Part shown: one piece after another, positions 58,866 to 64,000 of the stretch
Layout: each line of letters begins with the position of its first letter
Numbering within the stretch: the stretch's first letter is position 1
Origin: an uncultured Gemmatimonadota bacterium
Lineage (GTDB): Bacteria; JAAXHH01
Reading direction: 5' to 3'
DNA length: 64,000 bases
Assembly: GCA_964593235.1 (NCBI GenBank)
Contig: CAZQGS010000020.1
Location: 77,717 to 141,716, forward strand
The notes under the pieces: model-generated
What the model saw: only the letters and a program-made list of their open reading frames with translations
The model's database searches: none
What the model was told of the DNA's origin: nothing
Translations under genes and position numbers: made by a program

Positions 58866-60845
58866 ATGGCGAATCAAAGCAGTAAGCAACCCCACCCCCA
58901 ACTAGATCTTCTCGCGTCTCAAGAAACTCCGAGTGAAAGTATCCCAAACAAAACGGTGTTGGGTAATAATGGCACCTTGCCTCAAGAAAAATTAATGGAA
59001 TTAGAAAACGGAACAAACATTAGTGAAGGTAATGGAACCCCAGTTTCTGAGGAACTCCCTGTTTACGATGAAAGCAAAGTTAAAACGCTCTCGTCTTTAG
59101 AACATATTAGGCTGCGAACAGGTATGTATATTGGCCGGCTGGGTAATGGAGATGATTCCGAGGATGGTATTTATATTCTCCTCAAGGAAGTGATAGATAA
59201 TGCTGTAGATGAATTCATTATGGGTTACGGAAAAAAAATTGATGTAACGGTACAAGAAAACATAGTCCGAGTACGTGACTATGGACGGGGAATACCTCTT
59301 GGGAAAATAGTCGAGTGCACATCAATAATTAATACAGGAGCCAAATACAATGATGAGGTGTTTCAGTTCAGCGTAGGGTTAAATGGAGTAGGAGCTAAAG
59401 CAGTGAATGCTCTTTCGGCAAATTTTAGAGCAGTGGCTTATCGAAATGGAAAGTTTTCAGAAGCAATATACCAACAGGGGCAGCTTCTGGGACAAAATAA
59501 TGGTGAGACCTCTGAGCAGGATGGCACATATATCGAATTTTTTCCTGATGAGGAGATCTTTGGAGAATACTCTTTTCAGTCAGACTATTTGGATCGCCGT
59601 ATGTGGAACTATGCTTGCCTAAATAGTGGGCTTCGTATCATCTATAACAAAAAGAGTTTTGTCTCACGTCATGGATTACTTGACTTTCTCAAAGCTGAGG
59701 TAGGAGACAACACGCTATATGATCCTTCATATTATAAGGCTCAGCATTTAGAATTTTCCTTTACACATACAACAAATTACGGTGAGACCCTATTTTCTTT
59801 TGTTAACGGCCAGTACACGGCAGATGGTGGATCTCATCAGAGTGCCTTTAGAGAAGGTATTCTAAAAGGAGTTAATGAGTACTTCAAGAAAAGTTTTGGT
59901 GGAGTTGACGTTCGGGAATCTATTGCTGGAGCGATAGCTATAAAACTGAAGGAACCAGTTTTCGAATCACAGACCAAAAACAAGCTAGGTAATACCGAAA
60001 TTCGGGGGTGGTTAGTTTCTGAAATCCGAAGTGCAGTAGTCGATTTTCTCCACAAAAACAAAGAATCTGCGAACCTGATTCACGAAAAAATAAGCCAGAA
60101 TGAAAGACTTCGAAAGGAACTTAACGCCGTTAAGAAAGAAGCTCGGGATGCAGCGCGGCGTATAGCTATTAAAATTCCTAATTTCAAGGATTGCAAGTAT
60201 CACTTTGATCAGGCTAAATACGGAGAGGACTCCTCAATTTTTATTACAGAGGGACCTTCAGCTGCTGGTTCTATGGTTTCAGCTAGAGACCCATTGTCTC
60301 AGGCAATTTTTGGGTTAAAGGGTGTACCACTAAATGTTTTTTCACGATCTCGGGCAGCAATTTACAAAAACGAAGAATTATATAACCTTATGATGGCACT
60401 TGGGATCGAAGAAGGAATTTCAAATCTTCGATTTAATAAGGTAATAATTGCCACTGATGCAGATTACGATGGTTACCACATAAGAAATCTTTTGATGACA
60501 TTTTTCTTAAGCTTTTTCGAGGATGTAGTTATGGCTGGTCATGTTTATATTTTAGAAACCCCCCTTTTTAGGGTTCGCAATACAAAAGAAACAATTTACT
60601 GCTACAGTGAGAAAGAACGCAATGCCGCACTTGAAAAAATTAGAGGTGCTGAAGTAACCCGGTTTAAGGGGCTAGGTGAAATATCACCAGGTGAATTTGG
60701 TCAGTTTATAGGTTCCGACATGCGTCTTGTGAAGGTCAATGTTAGATCGATTCACAGTATCCATGATACACTTACGTTCTATATGGGGAAAAATACACCA
60801 GAACGCAGAGATTATATAGTGGAAAATCTTCTAGACGAAGTATAG
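58866..60845 (+). CDS. parE: type IIA topoisomerase subunit B (topoisomerase IV ParE-like, FCB type)
   Basis: GHKL ATPase (LEHIRLRTGMYIGRLG, LLKEVIDNAVDE) and TOPRIM (IFITEGPSAAGS, IATDADYDGYHI). An N-terminal leader of about 60 aa is low-complexity. The ATG at 58866 has the RBS GGAG; the TTG at 58833 is the maximal ORF. Confidence 0.85.
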   Translation: MANQSSKQPHPQLDLLASQETPSESIPNKTVLGNNGTLPQEKLMELENGTNISEGNGTPVSEELPVYDESKVKTLSSLEHIRLRTGMYIGRLGNGDDSEDGIYILLKEVIDNAVDEFIMGYGKKIDVTVQENIVRVRDYGRGIPLGKIVECTSIINTGAKYNDEVFQFSVGLNGVGAKAVNALSANFRAVAYRNGKFSEAIYQQGQLLGQNNGETSEQDGTYIEFFPDEEIFGEYSFQSDYLDRRMWNYACLNSGLRIIYNKKSFVSRHGLLDFLKAEVGDNTLYDPSYYKAQHLEFSFTHTTNYGETLFSFVNGQYTADGGSHQSAFREGILKGVNEYFKKSFGGVDVRESIAGAIAIKLKEPVFESQTKNKLGNTEIRGWLVSEIRSAVVDFLHKNKESANLIHEKISQNERLRKELNAVKKEARDAARRIAIKIPNFKDCKYHFDQAKYGEDSSIFITEGPSAAGSMVSARDPLSQAIFGLKGVPLNVFSRSRAAIYKNEELYNLMMALGIEEGISNLRFNKVIIATDADYDGYHIRNLLMTFFLSFFEDVVMAGHVYILETPLFRVRNTKETIYCYSEKERNAALEKIRGAEVTRFKGLGEISPGEFGQFIGSDMRLVKVNVRSIHSIHDTLTFYMGKNTPERRDYIVENLLDEV

Positions 60846-60853
60846 GAATTTCA

Positions 60854-62746
60854 ATGGCCTACGCTGATAAACTGTTTAATGATTATTATTTGAAATACGC
60901 TTCATATTTCATTAAGGATCGAGCGATCCCGGATATTGAGGATGGTCTAAAGCCCGTGCAAAGGCGGATCCTCCACACTCTTTTCGAGATTGATGATGGT
61001 AAATTTCATAAAGTAGCCAATGTCGTTGGTCAGACTATGCGATATCACCCTCACGGTGATCAGTCAATCTTTGGAGCATTAGTCAATCTTGCCAATAAAG
61101 ATGTTTTCATCGAAAAACAGGGTAATTTTGGCTCAATTTTTACTGGTGATCCTGCTTCAGCCGCACGATATATAGAATGCCGTCTGACACCTTTAGCTAA
61201 GGAAGTTTTACATGATCCTGAAATCACAGAATATATTGATTCCTATGATGGTCGTAATAAGGAACCGGTAGCCTTTCCTGCTAAAATTCCTGTACTGTTA
61301 GCTTTAGGAGCCGAAGGTATCGCATCAAGTATGGCTACCAGAATCCTTCCGCATAATCTGATAGAACTCATGGAAGCACAGATAGCTTGCCTGAGAAATG
61401 AAGATTTTGAAGTTTTGCCTGATTTCCCTACCGGTGGCTTGGTTGACGTTTCGGAATATAACGATGGTAATGGAAAAGTCATAGTCCGCGCTCAACTAGA
61501 CGTTTCGGACCCTAAACGAATTATCATACGTCAGGTCCCTTTTGGATCAACAACAGACTCTCTAATTTCTTCGATCGAGATAGCGGCCAAAAAAAATAAA
61601 ATAAAAATTGCAGGTATTTCCGACTTTACCGCTGATGAAGTAGAAATTGAGATTCGGTTAGCCCGTGGGGTTCATTCTGAAGAAACGGTAGATGCCCTTT
61701 TTGCTTTTACTGATTGTGAATCCTCAATATCCACTAATGTTCTAGTTATTCGGGATGGGCATCCATGTATTTTGCCTGTTACCGAGGTTCTGCGTCACAA
61801 TACACAACGTCTCCTCGATGTTCTTGAAGCAGAGTTAAAAATTGAACGCACCCAATTAAATACGAAACTCCGAGCAAAAACAATAGAACAAGTATTCATT
61901 AAGGAAAGAATCTATAAACGTATTGAGGAAATTCGCGACTCAGAAAAGATTTACGACGCTATAAGGACAGGATTCTTGCCTTTTAAAAATAAAATAAAGG
62001 ATCTTTCAAACGATGATATAGACATACTACTTAAGGTTCCGATTCGTCGGATATCTCTTTACGATATCACCCGTTCTAACAACGAAATGAGAGCTGTGCG
62101 GAAGCGCCTAGCTGAAATCAAAGGACACCTTGGCAACCTTTCTTTATATGCTATAACGCTTCTGGAAAGCCTCATTAAGAGTTATAGGGGAATATATCCT
62201 CGGCGGACTAGCATAACCTCCTTCAAAAAGGTAGCCGCCCGAGAGGCGGCACAACGTAATCTTCTCCTTAAGTATGATCGAAATACTGGATACTTGGGTT
62301 ACAGTCTTGAGACTGGAGACTCACTTTTTAGTGTATCTCCTTACGATCGTGTGGTTGTCATTCGAAAATCTGGCATCTATGCTTTGCACGATGAAACTGA
62401 ACGATTATTCGTGGATAAAGGTATGCTTTACTGCGGGTTTATAGACCCAAATATCGTATTTAATCTTATTTATAGAGACCAAAATAACTACGCTTATGTA
62501 AAACGTTGTAAGTTAGATAAGTTTATTCTTAATCGGCAATATGAGTTGGTACCGGAAGGGTGCCGGATTCTGCAACTAACAACAGATTCCCACACTCTAG
62601 CAACTATATACTATAAACCTACTGCCCGTATGCGGGTATTCGAGGAAGTTTTCAATCTTTCCGATTATCCGATCCGTGGAAACCGGGCTAAAGGTATTCG
62701 CATGGCGTCTAAGGCGATCAAGAGTGTCAAATTAACAAAAAAATAG
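60854..62746 (+). CDS. parC: type IIA topoisomerase subunit A (ParC-like) with short C-terminal domain
   Basis: 630 aa. IPDIEDGLKPVQRRIL and active-site tyrosine context AARYIECRL. I saw no GyrA-box. Only about 175 aa follow the coiled-coil tower. Confidence 0.85.
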   Translation: MAYADKLFNDYYLKYASYFIKDRAIPDIEDGLKPVQRRILHTLFEIDDGKFHKVANVVGQTMRYHPHGDQSIFGALVNLANKDVFIEKQGNFGSIFTGDPASAARYIECRLTPLAKEVLHDPEITEYIDSYDGRNKEPVAFPAKIPVLLALGAEGIASSMATRILPHNLIELMEAQIACLRNEDFEVLPDFPTGGLVDVSEYNDGNGKVIVRAQLDVSDPKRIIIRQVPFGSTTDSLISSIEIAAKKNKIKIAGISDFTADEVEIEIRLARGVHSEETVDALFAFTDCESSISTNVLVIRDGHPCILPVTEVLRHNTQRLLDVLEAELKIERTQLNTKLRAKTIEQVFIKERIYKRIEEIRDSEKIYDAIRTGFLPFKNKIKDLSNDDIDILLKVPIRRISLYDITRSNNEMRAVRKRLAEIKGHLGNLSLYAITLLESLIKSYRGIYPRRTSITSFKKVAAREAAQRNLLLKYDRNTGYLGYSLETGDSLFSVSPYDRVVVIRKSGIYALHDETERLFVDKGMLYCGFIDPNIVFNLIYRDQNNYAYVKRCKLDKFILNRQYELVPEGCRILQLTTDSHTLATIYYKPTARMRVFEEVFNLSDYPIRGNRAKGIRMASKAIKSVKLTKK

Positions 62747-62781
62747 AGGATATAGAATCTGACTAAGAAAGGAATCGGCTG

Positions 62782-63798
62782 ATGAATCCCCTGGAGATGC
62801 GGATTGGTCTAGGACAGTTCAACGTTCTTACCGAAGAAAAATTAAGTTATATTAAGCAACTCGGAGCTGATGATTTTCTGATGAATACTCCAAAGATTCC
62901 AGGTGAGAAAGTATGGGAGCTTCAAGATCTAGCCGACTTAAAACGTAAATCAGATAATGCTGAACTACGATTAATGGCTTTGGAGAATGTCCCTATCTCC
63001 TTCTATGATAAGGCCATGCTTGGTCTTCCTGGCCGCAATGAACAGATTGAAAATATGAAATGTACTATCAGCAACATAGGGAAGGCTGGTATCCCCATCC
63101 TTGGATATCATTGGATGCCTAGTGCTGTATGGAGAACCCCAGATCGAGCGGTGTTGCGTGGTGGAGCGACGGCTACTCGGTTTAATTTTGAGTTCCATAA
63201 GGATATAAAAAATACCCATGAAAGGGTTTTTTCAGCCGAAGAGATGTGGGATAATTACGAATACTACATGAGTCGGATTCTTCCTGTCGCTGAGGAAAGT
63301 AACGTCAAACTTGCTTTGCATCCTGATGACCCACCTATACCTATGCTCGGTGGAGTAGCCCGAATTTTTAGTAATTTTGAAGGCTTTAAGGCCGCTATGG
63401 AAATGTTCGATAGCCCATACCATGGCCTTGATTTTTGTATGGGTTGCTGGTCAGAAATGGGAGGGCATGATTATGTGATTAATGCAATACGGTATTTTGG
63501 TAGCCGGGGGAAAATTATTTATGTGCATTTTCGAGATGTCCAGGGGAACGTACCTTGTTTTAACGAATGTTTCATTAATGAGGGCAATGTTGATCCGTAT
63601 GAGGTTATGCGAACATTGAAGGAGTCAGGATTTACGGGTTTTATGATAACTGATCACGTGCCACAATTTGTTGATGATACTGATTGGAGCCACCGGGGTC
63701 GGGCTTATGCAATAGGTTACATGACAGCTATGCTAGAAATGGTAAATAAATTAAGTTTCAACCCGATTGATCCGATACCCAATGGGGAAACTCCTTAA
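62782..63798 (+). CDS. uxuA: mannonate dehydratase (UxuA family, short form)
   Basis: 338 aa. ILPVAEESNVKLALHPDDPPIPMLG matches E. coli UxuA [25 protein letters not shown]. The downstream segments YVHFRD, GNVDPYEV and TDHVP are also colinear with UxuA. Confidence 0.85.
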   Translation: MNPLEMRIGLGQFNVLTEEKLSYIKQLGADDFLMNTPKIPGEKVWELQDLADLKRKSDNAELRLMALENVPISFYDKAMLGLPGRNEQIENMKCTISNIGKAGIPILGYHWMPSAVWRTPDRAVLRGGATATRFNFEFHKDIKNTHERVFSAEEMWDNYEYYMSRILPVAEESNVKLALHPDDPPIPMLGGVARIFSNFEGFKAAMEMFDSPYHGLDFCMGCWSEMGGHDYVINAIRYFGSRGKIIYVHFRDVQGNVPCFNECFINEGNVDPYEVMRTLKESGFTGFMITDHVPQFVDDTDWSHRGRAYAIGYMTAMLEMVNKLSFNPIDPIPNGETP

Positions 63799-63872
63799 GT
63801 TAACTATTTTTCTGTCCAAGCCTAAATCAAAACAATTGACTGCAAAATGAAGTATGTCGGACCGGGGACGAT

Positions 63873-64000
63873 ATGGGGCGTTTCTTTTTCATTGCCAAGC
63901 GATTCATTGCTGGAGAATCTATAGAAAATGCGGTCATTGTTGTTAAGGCGTTGAATCAATTGGACCTTGATGTGACATTAAATTTGCTTGGGGAAGGAAT
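63873..64000 (+). CDS. proline dehydrogenase family protein (3' end cut by window edge)
   Basis: MGRFFFIAKRFIAGESIENAVIVVKALNQLDLDVTLNLLGEG matches the PRODH N-terminal pattern FIAGET...G...tlD.LGE. An in-frame stop at 63837-63839 limits the start to 63873. Confidence 0.55.
   Translation, partial: MGRFFFIAKRFIAGESIENAVIVVKALNQLDLDVTLNLLGEG

Overview
This is a densely coding, AT-rich chromosomal segment from a bacterium (G+C looks like roughly 40% by eye; not computed). I see about 59 protein-coding genes, arranged in alternating co-directional blocks. Scanning the intergenic regions by eye on both strands, I found no rRNA, tRNA, CRISPR array, transposase or prophage signature.

The content is mostly housekeeping:
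- Translation and cell division: rimM-trmD-rplS-rnhB, glycyl-tRNA synthetase, miaB, map, eno-ftsB.
- DNA metabolism: topA-xerC, recO, parE-parC, rmuC.
- Cofactor and stress functions: folE, sodA, a short sigma-70.
- Sugar-acid and sugar-phosphate metabolism: Gfo/Idh/MocA oxidoreductase, three xylose-isomerase-like TIM barrel proteins, dgoD, uxuA, and a KDG-kinase-like protein.

The FCB-type ParE N-terminus and the roughly 300-aa sigma factor suggest an uncultured FCB-like or related lineage. That is a low-confidence inference.

I do not see an obvious defense or mobile system. The most unusual items are listed below.
1. A full-length SelA homolog has lost the PLP lysine and other active-site motifs. 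It is translationally coupled to a DUF2064/TIGR04282 transferase (20237-22332).
2. A gene-poor AT-rich island (41.9-43.2 kb) holds an orphan 103-aa gene and a decayed cupin.
3. An orphan ClpX/HslU-like unfoldase lacks the zinc-binding domain and sits directly upstream of an archaeal-type ThiD-ThiN fusion.
4. A tandem two-domain PTPS/QueD with a degenerate first module lies next to folE.
5. GlcD and a GlcE-like protein occur without GlcF and are followed instead by a LarA-like protein.
6. A PfkB-like kinase lacks the GAGD aspartate.

All homology statements come from reading the translated ORFs and recalling family motifs. No database search was run.
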